A stretch of DNA of 64,000 nt, taken from contig CAKVHA010000001.1 in assembly GCA_934747775.1 (NCBI GenBank), positions 131,673 to 195,672 of the forward strand, given 5' to 3'. The notes under the pieces were generated by a model. It was given only the letters and a program-made list of their open reading frames with translations. It ran no database searches and was not told where the DNA came from. The position numbers and the translations under genes are program-made. Each line of letters opens with the position of its first letter. The first letter of the stretch is position 1. The stretch is from an uncultured Clostridia bacterium (lineage in GTDB: Bacteria > Bacillota > Clostridia > Christensenellales > UBA1242). This document shows positions 27,480 through 36,154 of the stretch, piece by piece.

Positions 27480-28464
27480 CTTTTTCCCATCCTTCAAAAA
27501 TTCGATTATCATTAATTTGCTGATTTGGAACTCCTGTTTGATACACAATTTTTTGTAGAGTACCCTTAGAAACATAACGCTCTCTACCATATGTTATACT
27601 ATCCAAAATTACTCTAATATATTCATATGTTTTACTTTGTGTTTGTGCCAATTCAAGAACTGGATTGTATGGAGTTTTCAATAACATCTCATCGCTAATT
27701 AAATCGTACCATTTATTTATTAATGTGTTAAGATCATCATTGACTAATTCAACATTAAGCCCTAGTTGTTTTGCTTCTTTAAAACTTATTGTGTAATCAT
27801 GACTACCAGAATCACTACATAAAAAACTAACAATTTTATTTCTCTGTTTTTTTGAACAATTTTGATACATTAGAAGTTTTTGAGCAATCATTTTTATTTG
27901 TCCCTGTCTTCTATAAACATCTCCAATTAAAAGTGGATTAAGAGTTTCTGATAATTTGATAAATGCGTTAATTAAATCTCTTGAGTTTTTTATGTGCAAT
28001 TCCTTTTTTGCTAAATTAAAATATCCCTTAACTGATTCAACACTTGTTGGAAGAGTTATTGTTTGTCCATTAATATTTACCTTTGTTCCCAATGGACTGT
28101 TTAAAGATGGGTCTATTGGTCCTAAAGTAGACTGATGTGTTAGAATAATTTTATTTGCTCCTAAACACATTATTGTGCCAGAACTTCTTGCTTTTCTAGG
28201 AACTATAATTTCTAATTCATCACAATATTCTCTGATTAGATTAACTATATTCCATGTTGCCATTGTGTCACCACCAAGTGTATATAAAATCAACGTAATT
28301 TTGTTAACCTTTCCTATTGATTCCAAATGTTTGCCAAATATATCAACAACATCTGCACCAATTTGTGTTTCCATATTTAATCTATCACCAGTTACATAAG
28401 CTATTACTTTGGAACTTCTTAATTTTTCAATTTCTTTATAAATATCTACCAATTTCTTTTGCAT
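27466..28464 (-). CDS. SDH-family (ClpP/SppA-fold) serine protease
   Basis: AGGAG RBS. The motifs ITLILYTLGGD...IIVPRKARSSGTIMCLGANKIILTHQSTLGPIDP match the serine dehydrogenase proteinase / Clp-fold pattern (catalytic Ser in SSGT). Confidence 0.7.
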   Translation of the reverse strand: MQKKLVDIYKEIEKLRSSKVIAYVTGDRLNMETQIGADVVDIFGKHLESIGKVNKITLILYTLGGDTMATWNIVNLIREYCDELEIIVPRKARSSGTIMCLGANKIILTHQSTLGPIDPSLNSPLGTKVNINGQTITLPTSVESVKGYFNLAKKELHIKNSRDLINAFIKLSETLNPLLIGDVYRRQGQIKMIAQKLLMYQNCSKKQRNKIVSFLCSDSGSHDYTISFKEAKQLGLNVELVNDDLNTLINKWYDLISDEMLLKTPYNPVLELAQTQSKTYEYIRVILDSITYGRERYVSKGTLQKIVYQTGVPNQQINDNRIFEGWEKDATK

Positions 28465-28523
28465 AAAAACTCCTAATTAATTGTATATATTTTAACATAA
28501 AATTTTAAAACAATCAATTATAC

Positions 28524-28574
28524 ATCAAAAAAAGTCTAAACCAAATACTTAAATTAAGTACTTGATTTAGACTT
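28524..28574 (-). terminator. Long hairpin terminator downstream of tRNA-Leu
   Basis: aagtctaaaccaaatactt-aaatt-aagtacttgatttagactt. On the minus strand it is followed by a T-run. Confidence 0.65.
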
Positions 28575-28578
28575 TGAG

Positions 28579-28664
28579 TGGTGCCGAAGGTGGGGGTCGA
28601 ACCCACATGAAGTTGCCCTCGCAAGATTTTGAGTCTTGTGCGTCTGCCATTCCGCCACTTCGGC
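28579..28664 (-). tRNA. tRNA-Leu (anticodon CAA)
   Basis: Reverse complement: GCCGAAG/TG/GCGGAATGGCAGACGC/A/CAAGA-CT[CAA]AA-TCTTG/long variable arm/GTGGG-TTCGACC-CCCAC/CTTCGGC-A-CCA. Confidence 0.9.
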
Positions 28665-28932
28665 ATATTTTATTAAGTAAAACGCAAAATTGTTTTTAAT
28701 TTTTGCAGTGATAGTATAAATCATTTTTAAGGCTATGTCAAGAAAAAAAGTAAACTTTGAATTTAAAAAAATTAAAGCAAAAAGTTTGGTTGAAATTTAT
28801 GATTGTGCTATACTTAGTTGTACATAGTTAGTAACTGCGTTTTTGCTTTTTTAGTATGGTTTTAAAAACGGCAGTTTTCCATTTGCCGCAATGCGAAAAC
28901 GCGGTTGCGATTAGTACAAAAAGGAGATTATT

Positions 28933-30117
28933 TTGAGAGCAGTAGGAACAAGCGTGTACGGGGTTAGAACTCCAATAATTAGAAAAGGAAACAATCTGGT
29001 TGATATTGTTTGTAAAAGCGTAGATGCGGTTTTGAATGAACAAAACCTAACACTAAAACCCACCGACGTGGTGGCGGTGACCGAAGCAGTTGTTGCAATA
29101 AGCCAAGGAAACTACGCCAGCGTGGACGATATTAGTGCCGATGTTAGGAAAAAAACTGGCGGCGGAAAGGTGGGGCTAATATTTCCAATACTTTCCAGAA
29201 ACCGCTTTTCGACATTGCTAAGCGGAATTGTTGGCGGCGTGGACGAGCTTATTATTCAGCTATCGTACCCAAACGACGAAGTTGGAAATCCGCTTGTTTC
29301 TGTAGATAGATTGTATGAGCTTGGCATAACCAATTTTAACCGCACATTTACTAGCGACGAGTTTTACAAACTTGTGGGCACAGTGGAACATCCTTTTACA
29401 GGTATGGATTATATTAAATACTATTTAGATTTATGCGGCGGAAAAGCAAAAATAATTTTGTCAAACGACCCAACCACAATTTTAAATTACACCGATAAGG
29501 TTATTAATGCCGACATTCATTCCAGAGCGCGTACCAAAAAACTTTTGCTAAATAAAGGCGCAAAAGTTGTGTGTTTGCTATCGGACTTTTTAAACGCTCC
29601 AAGCAAAACCCACGGCTTTAACGAAAGTTTTGGCTTGCTTGGCAGTAATAAATCTAAAGACGGCATTGTAAAACTTTTCCCACGTGATTGCGACAAATTT
29701 GTGGCAGCGCTTCAAGCGGAGTTTAAAAAGCGCACAGGTGTAATACCGCAATGTATGGTGTATGGCGACGGCGCGTTTAAAGACCCAGTTGGCGGAATTT
29801 GGGAACTTGCCGACCCAGTTGTTAGCCCAGCTTTTTCTAGCGGACTAAACGGAACGCCAAACGAGATAAAACTAAAATATGTTGCCGATAACGACCTAAA
29901 CGGCTGCACAAAAGACGGCGAAATAGAACAAAAAATGCGCGAGATTATTTTAAATAAAAACAAGGATTTAAAAAATCAAAACATCTCGCTTGGCACAACG
30001 CCGCGACGAATAACCGACCTGCTTGGTTCGCTTAGCGACCTTACAAGCGGCAGCGGCGACAAGGGTACGCCAGTGGTTTTAATTAAAGGCTACTTTGATA
30101 ATTACGCGACTGAATAA
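28933..30117 (+). CDS. F420-0:gamma-glutamyl ligase (CofE)-like family protein
   Basis: TTG start 7 nt after AAGGAG. N-terminus: GVRTPIIRKGNNLVDIV...LKPTDVVAVTEAVVAISQGN, resembling the CofE-like fold. The function in a non-F420 organism is unknown. Confidence 0.5.
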   Translation: MRAVGTSVYGVRTPIIRKGNNLVDIVCKSVDAVLNEQNLTLKPTDVVAVTEAVVAISQGNYASVDDISADVRKKTGGGKVGLIFPILSRNRFSTLLSGIVGGVDELIIQLSYPNDEVGNPLVSVDRLYELGITNFNRTFTSDEFYKLVGTVEHPFTGMDYIKYYLDLCGGKAKIILSNDPTTILNYTDKVINADIHSRARTKKLLLNKGAKVVCLLSDFLNAPSKTHGFNESFGLLGSNKSKDGIVKLFPRDCDKFVAALQAEFKKRTGVIPQCMVYGDGAFKDPVGGIWELADPVVSPAFSSGLNGTPNEIKLKYVADNDLNGCTKDGEIEQKMREIILNKNKDLKNQNISLGTTPRRITDLLGSLSDLTSGSGDKGTPVVLIKGYFDNYATE

Positions 30118-30255
30118 CAAAAATTGCACCCATTAACGAATGGCTAAATCGTATTCGTTTTTTGGGTGTTTTTTTAAAAGTAAAAACAAAACCTAATACA
30201 ATATTATTGTAAAAAACTGGGTTTTGGGATATAATTTAACATACGGAGAAAATAT

Positions 30256-32799
30256 ATGGAAAAATTTGTGATTATAGACGGAAACAACATTACTTTTAGG
30301 TCGTATTATGCCTTGCCACGCCTAGCCAATTTTGAAGGTGTTGTTAGCAATGGAGTGTTTGGATTTTGCAACATTTTAATTAAAATTATTAAGGATATAA
30401 ATCCAAAATATATTGCCGTTGCGTTTGATAGCGCAAAAAAGAATTTTAGGCACGAAATGTTTAAAGACTACAAGGCAGGACGCCGCCCAACACCGCAAGA
30501 ACTTTTAGACCAGTTTCCAATTTTGGAAGAAGTACTAAACAAAATGGGCATAGCGGTTGTTAAACAAAACGGGCTAGAAGCTGACGACCTAATAGGCTGC
30601 TTGTCGCGCCAATTTGATAAAACCGAAAACATTATTCTTACTGCCGATAAAGATTGTTTGCAGCTTATCACAAAAAACACATTTATTATGCAGCCGCAAA
30701 AGGGCATAACCGAAACAGAACTTGTAGACGAAAAGGTGTTAAAAGAAAAAATGGGGCTAACACCTAGTCAGATTATAGACTTTAAGGGTTTGGCAGGCGA
30801 CTCTAGCGACAATATCCCAGGTGTTAAGGGAATAGGCGAAAAAACTGCGGTTGATTTGCTAAACAAATACAGCACCCTAGAAGGTGTGTATAAACACTTG
30901 GACGAGCTTAAAGGCAAAACAAAAGAAAAAATTGAAGCCGACAAAGAAAGTGCTTTTTTAAGTAAAAAACTTGCAACAATTGTTACCGATAAAAAATTAG
31001 ATTACACGCTTTCCGATTTTGAATATTGCTTTCCGTTTAACAATGATGTGTTGGAATTATTTAAAAAATATCAGTTTAATTCGCTAATTAAAAGACCAGA
31101 ATTGTTTAGTGAAATTAAACAACAAAAAAACATTGATGTGGTTGAAATAAAAACCGAAGAAGAACTTTTAAAACTTGTAGATGATTTGCAAAAGCAAAAA
31201 GAAATTGCATTTTATTTGGACGATAAAAAACTAAACTTTAGCTTTGGCGATGTGGAATACTGTGTAAACCTTATACAAAACTTGTTGGATAGTGGGCTAG
31301 AATATTTAGGCGCAATTTCAAAATTAAAACCAGTTTTTGAAAATAATGATGTTAAAAAGATTGTGTTTGATTACAAAAAAATTAAACACACATTGCATAA
31401 TGTGGGTGTAGAGTTAAGTGGTGTAAATTTTGATTGTATGATTGCAAGATATCTTATAAACGCAAATGGAAACAATACGGTAAACTATATGGATGTGGTT
31501 AATGAAAACTTACTTAACACAACTACGCTTGCAAAAAATTTGTTTGACCTTAAAAACTTGTATTTAAAGAAAATGGAACTTCTTGACACAAAAGGGGTGT
31601 TTTATGACATTGAAATGCCACTTGTTGATGTTCTGTACGATATGGAAAATCAAGGCGTAAAAATAGACACCGCCCAATTAAATGAACTTGAAACAAAATA
31701 TGAAACAAGAATAAACGAACTAACCGAAGAAATTTACGAGCTTTCGGGTAAAAAGTTTAACATTAATAGCCCTAAACAATTGGGCGAAGTTTTGTTTGAC
31801 GACCTAAAAATTGAGAGTTACAACAACAAGAAAAAAAGCACAAATGCACAAGTGCTAAGCGAAATTGTGGGCGCACACCCAGTTGTGCAAAAGATTATAG
31901 ATTATAGGCTTGTTAGCAAGCTATACACAACATATATTTTGGCGTATAAAGACATTATTAAAGATAACAAGATTTACACAATGTTTAATCAAACCCTAAC
32001 ATCAACTGGCAGACTAAGCAGCAGCGAGCCAAACTTGCAAAACATTCCTGTTAGAAGCGAAGAAGGCAAGGTGCTTAGAAAAATGTTTGTGTCGTCGTTT
32101 GATGGTGGCAAAATCGTTGACGCCGATTATAACCAAATAGAACTAAGACTGCTTGCAAGTTTTTCTGGCGACGAAAAAATGATTAACACCTACAACGAAG
32201 GTGGCGACATTCACTCAACCACCGCCAGCGAAGTTTTTGGAGTTCCTAAAGAGCTAATCACGCCAGAAATTAGGCGCAGTGCAAAAGCAATAAACTTTGG
32301 CATTGTTTACGGCATTAGTGACTACGGATTGTCGCAAGGCATTGGCTCAACTGTGGCGGAAGCGGGCAATTATATTAAGCGATATTTCGAAAGATATCCG
32401 CGCATTAAAGAGTATATGGACTCAAACGTTGAGTTTTGTAAAGCTCACGGATATGTAAAAACAATGTTTGGAAGATTACGTTATATTCCAGAAATTAATG
32501 ACTCAAATTATAACCTAAGAATGTTTGGCGAGCGTGCGGCAATGAATATGCCGTTGCAGGGTAGTGCAAGCGATATTATAAAACTTGCTATGATTAAGGT
32601 TTTTAATAAATTAAAAGAACTTAATTTAAAAAGCAAACTTATTTTGCAAGTTCACGACGAGCTTGTGGTTGACACCGCATCCGATGAAGTGGATGTTGTA
32701 AAACAAATATTAAAAACTGAAATGGAAAATGTGGTTAGTTTAAAAGTAAAACTAATTGCTAATGTTGAAGTGGGCGATAGTTGGTTTGACGCTCACTAA
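30256..32799 (+). CDS. polA: DNA polymerase I
   Basis: A 5' nuclease domain (LEADDLIG, GDSSDNIPGVKGIGEKTA). Pol motifs A, B and C (DYNQIELRLLA, RRSAKAINFGIVYG, QVHDELV). The 3'-5' exo motifs are degenerate (AFYLDD where Klenow has the DxE motif). Confidence 0.95.
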   Translation: MEKFVIIDGNNITFRSYYALPRLANFEGVVSNGVFGFCNILIKIIKDINPKYIAVAFDSAKKNFRHEMFKDYKAGRRPTPQELLDQFPILEEVLNKMGIAVVKQNGLEADDLIGCLSRQFDKTENIILTADKDCLQLITKNTFIMQPQKGITETELVDEKVLKEKMGLTPSQIIDFKGLAGDSSDNIPGVKGIGEKTAVDLLNKYSTLEGVYKHLDELKGKTKEKIEADKESAFLSKKLATIVTDKKLDYTLSDFEYCFPFNNDVLELFKKYQFNSLIKRPELFSEIKQQKNIDVVEIKTEEELLKLVDDLQKQKEIAFYLDDKKLNFSFGDVEYCVNLIQNLLDSGLEYLGAISKLKPVFENNDVKKIVFDYKKIKHTLHNVGVELSGVNFDCMIARYLINANGNNTVNYMDVVNENLLNTTTLAKNLFDLKNLYLKKMELLDTKGVFYDIEMPLVDVLYDMENQGVKIDTAQLNELETKYETRINELTEEIYELSGKKFNINSPKQLGEVLFDDLKIESYNNKKKSTNAQVLSEIVGAHPVVQKIIDYRLVSKLYTTYILAYKDIIKDNKIYTMFNQTLTSTGRLSSSEPNLQNIPVRSEEGKVLRKMFVSSFDGGKIVDADYNQIELRLLASFSGDEKMINTYNEGGDIHSTTASEVFGVPKELITPEIRRSAKAINFGIVYGISDYGLSQGIGSTVAEAGNYIKRYFERYPRIKEYMDSNVEFCKAHGYVKTMFGRLRYIPEINDSNYNLRMFGERAAMNMPLQGSASDIIKLAMIKVFNKLKELNLKSKLILQVHDELVVDTASDEVDVVKQILKTEMENVVSLKVKLIANVEVGDSWFDAH

Positions 32800-32813
32800 A
32801 AGGAAAATTTGTA

Positions 32814-33686
32814 ATGACAAAATGTAATATGTGCCCCAGAAACTGCAATATTGATAGAAACGAAAAAGTGGGTGTTTGCGGCGCATCAAATAAATTAAAA
32901 GTTGCAAAAATTATGCTCCACAATTGGGAAGAGCCTTGCATTAGTTTGGGCAAGGGCAGCGGCGCAATATTTTTTAGCCACTGCTCCCTAAAATGCATAT
33001 TTTGCCAAAACTACGAAATTAGCCAACTTGGCAATGGTAAAGAGATTACAACAGCAAAACTTGTGGATTTAATAAAGCAGTTGGAAAAAATGGGAGCGGA
33101 AAACATAAACCTTGTTTCGCCCACTCATTACACACAACAAATTGTGGAAGCTTTGAAACAGTACAAACCCAAAGTTCCAGTTGTTTGGAATACAAATAGT
33201 TATGAAAAAGTGGAAGTTATTGACAATTTATATGGACTTGTTGACATTTTCCTAGCAGATTTAAAATATTGCGACCCTAATATGTCGCTTGAATATTCGG
33301 GTGCTAAAGATTATTTCGACGTGGCAACAAAAGCGATTTTAGAGTATCGCAAACTAGTGCCAACCGATGAGTTTAATGGTGAAAAAATGACGCGTGGGCT
33401 TATTGTGCGTCACCTTGTTATGCCTAATGGAGTGGAAGATTCTAAGCGAGTGTTTGATTGGATTAAAACCAATTTGGGCACAAACACAATCGTTAGTGTT
33501 ATGAACCAGTACACGCCATATTACAAAGCAAAAAATCACAAACTGCTAAGTAGAAAAGTAACGGCTAGGGAGTATGATGCGGTTTGTGATTATGTTGTGA
33601 ATTTAGGATTTGAAAACGGATATTTTCAATCCGATGAAAGTGCAAGCGAGTGTTATATTCCAAACTTTACTCAGTTTTTAGACTAA
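32814..33686 (+). CDS. Radical SAM protein, PflX-like (PFL-activase homologue)
   Basis: CSLKCIFCQN (CxxxCxxC) preceded by NWEEPCIS. The ~290-aa size fits. Confidence 0.75.
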   Translation: MTKCNMCPRNCNIDRNEKVGVCGASNKLKVAKIMLHNWEEPCISLGKGSGAIFFSHCSLKCIFCQNYEISQLGNGKEITTAKLVDLIKQLEKMGAENINLVSPTHYTQQIVEALKQYKPKVPVVWNTNSYEKVEVIDNLYGLVDIFLADLKYCDPNMSLEYSGAKDYFDVATKAILEYRKLVPTDEFNGEKMTRGLIVRHLVMPNGVEDSKRVFDWIKTNLGTNTIVSVMNQYTPYYKAKNHKLLSRKVTAREYDAVCDYVVNLGFENGYFQSDESASECYIPNFTQFLD

Positions 33687-34458
33687 ACGTGATTTTATCA
33701 TTGTCCACTGTTGCGCCAGTGTTGGTGCGCTGAGTAAGTTTTGTTATGAAGTCGCTTATTAATGTTGCAAAATATGTTTGCACATTTGTGTTGCCGCTAG
33801 ATTGGTTTAGTGATGTGCTAAGCTGATTGGATAGTGTTTCGTCTAGTGCATTGTATGTTAGTTTAAGTGGGGAGCTAACCCCATTTTTTATTTCCGCTTC
33901 ACTGGTTACAAATATGCGTGTTGGTAGATCAGTTAGGTTGGTTACAAGGTTGTTTAAAAGTAGTTTAAAGTCCACTGTGCACACTATCTTTATTTTGTAT
34001 CCGCTTTCGGTTTTAAAAAACTCAAGTTGTCTAAGTATGGTAGAGTATTTATCGGGCGCGTCGGCGTAAATGTTGTTATACATAGCGCCAAATTCGGCAG
34101 CTGTTAGGGTTATGTTTTCGCTTATTGCAATGTTTACATTATTAAATTTTTCTAGCGAAAATGAGTTTCCGTCCACAATGTCTAGCCTTGCTGTTTGGCA
34201 TTTTAATATTGCCGAATTTAAGTCCGCTTCAAAAAATGGGTTTGTAACAATGTCGTCTTCGTTTACTTCTTTTGCAAGTTCTTTAAGAGCCGTAAGGTCG
34301 CTTTGTTTAAATCTGTTAAGAATGCTTAAAAACGAAAAAGCAACCGCAAGCAAAATCACGACTATCATTAATAATCGCGTGGAAATTTTTACAAATTTCT
34401 CTTCTTTTTCGGCTGATGTGAGAGCCTTGTTTTTTTTCTTTTTCTTATTAAATAGCAT
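33667..34458 (-). CDS. N-terminally anchored hypothetical protein (263 aa)
   Basis: A Lys-rich N-terminus precedes the TM helix LLMIVVILLAVAFSFLSIL. The start overlaps the last codons of the upstream Mrr-like gene by 11 nt. Confidence 0.65.
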   Translation of the reverse strand: MLFNKKKKKNKALTSAEKEEKFVKISTRLLMIVVILLAVAFSFLSILNRFKQSDLTALKELAKEVNEDDIVTNPFFEADLNSAILKCQTARLDIVDGNSFSLEKFNNVNIAISENITLTAAEFGAMYNNIYADAPDKYSTILRQLEFFKTESGYKIKIVCTVDFKLLLNNLVTNLTDLPTRIFVTSEAEIKNGVSSPLKLTYNALDETLSNQLSTSLNQSSGNTNVQTYFATLISDFITKLTQRTNTGATVDNDKITFSLKTE

Positions 34459-34927
34459 TTGCGTTTTCTATTATTTCCCTTATAATTTTTATGCTTTCAC
34501 GTTTGCTACATTTTAGCATAGCGCTAAGTTTTTCGCGGTCTATTAGCCCAACTTTTAGTTCGCGCGCTAAGTTGGTTGCGGGCTTAGAAAAGTGCCAGTT
34601 TGTGACCACTATTGCCACGCTGCACTTATAATATCGGCAGCCGCTGTACGCTTCTTGCACCGCGCTGTTTGAAATGTTGTGACCATAATATAGTTTTGCC
34701 TGAACCCCAAGTGTAGTATCGCCTTGCGCGGCAATAATGTCTATTCCGTTGTCGCCAGTGGTGCGAGTTTTTAGAGCGTCATATCCCAAATACTTAAAAT
34801 AGTTTGCCACAAATTCTTCAAACTCAACCCCGCTAAGACTATCTATATTTGTGATGCTAATTTTTTTTAACAACCGCCCAAATTTAACCTGAAAAATCTT
34901 GTTTTTAATAAACCTATTTATTAGCAT
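34448..34927 (-). CDS. Small Mrr_cat-type (PD-(D/E)xK) restriction endonuclease domain protein
   Basis: GVEFEEFVANYFKYLGYDA...GDNGIDIIA...LGVQAKLY is the Mrr catalytic core (D...QxK). There is no N-terminal DNA-binding domain. Confidence 0.7.
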   Translation of the reverse strand: MLINRFIKNKIFQVKFGRLLKKISITNIDSLSGVEFEEFVANYFKYLGYDALKTRTTGDNGIDIIAAQGDTTLGVQAKLYYGHNISNSAVQEAYSGCRYYKCSVAIVVTNWHFSKPATNLARELKVGLIDREKLSAMLKCSKRESIKIIREIIENANAI

Positions 34928-35033
34928 ATTTTCCCTCTATGTTGCTATTATATCAAAAAACTTTTTATTTTAAAAAGAATTTATTGCAATCTCACTAATT
35001 TTTATGTATAATGTTGGATGTGAAAATAAATAT

Positions 35034-35121
35034 GCAGAGATGTCGGAGTGGTCGAACGAGCACGATTGGAAATCGTGTGATGTGAAAGCATCCGAGGGTT
35101 CAAATCCCTCTCTCTGCGCCA
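35034..35121 (+). tRNA. tRNA-Ser (anticodon GGA)
   Basis: GCAGAGA/TG/TCG-GAGTGGTCGAA-CGA/G/CACGA-TT[GGA]AA-TCGTG/long variable arm/GAGGG-TTCAAAT-CCCTC/TCTCTGC-G-CCA. A promoter lies upstream: TTGCAA, 17 bp, TATAAT (34984-35012). Confidence 0.9.
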
Positions 35122-35160
35122 AAAATACAGCATATTGTATGGCTTGTGATATTGTATAAT

Positions 35161-35191
35161 AAAGTGCCAAAGAAGTGGCACTTTATTTTTT
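35161..35191 (+). terminator. Terminator after tRNA-Ser
   Basis: aaagtgcca-aagaa-tggcacttt-atttttt. Confidence 0.75.
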
Positions 35192-35253
35192 GTGAGTAGT
35201 ATTCTTAGATTTGCTATTGTTGAAAATAAAGGAAGTATAATTAACTAATATTA

Positions 35254-35350
35254 TTAAAAATATAAATTCATAGCAAATCATTTTGAGATTTTAGCAAAAA
35301 ATAGTATTATACTAAAAAGGCGAAGTTGAAAAATGAAAAACAAAAAGTTT
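35254..35350 (+). repeat. 97-bp direct repeat, copy A (duplicate of the promoter, RBS and first 6 codons of the LRR gene)
   Basis: Aligned by eye against 37021-37117: 5 mismatches and no gaps. Confidence 0.9.
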
Positions 35351-35359
35351 GGAGTGTGA
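35333..35359 (+). pseudogene. Truncated duplicate of the LRR-protein gene start (MKNKKFGV*)
   Basis: The first six codons are identical to those of the 37100 gene. The frame then diverges and stops at TGA 35357-59, 3 nt before GTG 35363. Confidence 0.6.
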
Positions 35360-35362
35360 ACT

Positions 35363-35977
35363 GTGAAAAATTTATCGGAGTCCGACAAGGACTATTTTCT
35401 AACAAGCGGTGTCCTTACTTATCCATTTGTTTCAAATGAATATGTTTTGGAAAAGGTTTTGTGTGATTATAACGCAAAACTTGCAAAAGGGATTAAAACA
35501 ACTAAAATCGAGAGTTTATTCAATTGGATAAACAAGTCTGTTAAGTTTGGAGATAACGAATTTAATAATAAATTTAGATTTCAAAGAACTGCTGAAGAAA
35601 TTTGGAACAGCAAAATAATGACAGGTTGCACAGATTACGCTACAGTCTTCGCAACATTTGCTAGGCAAATTGGCATTCCAACAACAATTTTGCACACAGC
35701 GGAAAAAAGTTGGGTGGATCAAGTTCAGCAAAATAATGATTATTCTCATCACGCAGGACATTCTTTTTGTGAATGCTTTTATGATGGAAAATGGATTTTG
35801 GTTGATCCTACCTGTAGAGAAATAGAAAAAGAATATAATCCAAACTTATTAAAACTTAGTTATAAGGTGGGCGGAAGCTCTACATTTATACCTTATCAAA
35901 GGGGACTTGATTTAGGAAAAAAACAAACGACTCAAGAACATAATAAGTATATGGACGAGATTTGTAAAACCTTGTAA
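35363..35977 (+). CDS. Transglutaminase-like cysteine protease superfamily protein
   Basis: GTG start with GGAGTG upstream. The Cys-His-Asp core is TGCTDYATVFATFARQIGIPT ... HSFCECFYDGKWILVDPT. Confidence 0.7.
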   Translation: MKNLSESDKDYFLTSGVLTYPFVSNEYVLEKVLCDYNAKLAKGIKTTKIESLFNWINKSVKFGDNEFNNKFRFQRTAEEIWNSKIMTGCTDYATVFATFARQIGIPTTILHTAEKSWVDQVQQNNDYSHHAGHSFCECFYDGKWILVDPTCREIEKEYNPNLLKLSYKVGGSSTFIPYQRGLDLGKKQTTQEHNKYMDEICKTL

Positions 35978-36154
35978 ATTTTGATTTTTACAAAACAAGA
36001 AATTGTAATAAAGGTTAATATTTATAATTAAAAACCTTTTGGTTGTATGCACATACAAAAAGAAAAGCCTTGTTGACTTTTCTTTTTTTTATGATATCAT
36101 AGTATTGTAGTAAAAGTTTTTAATGCTAATAAAATTGGCGTTGGAGCGTGGTTA

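Noticed and set aside
30256-32799. Degenerate 3'-5' exonuclease motifs in PolA as an anomaly
   Set aside because: Exo-inactive PolI with a vestigial exo domain is common in Bacillota and Thermus-type enzymes, so this is not unusual.
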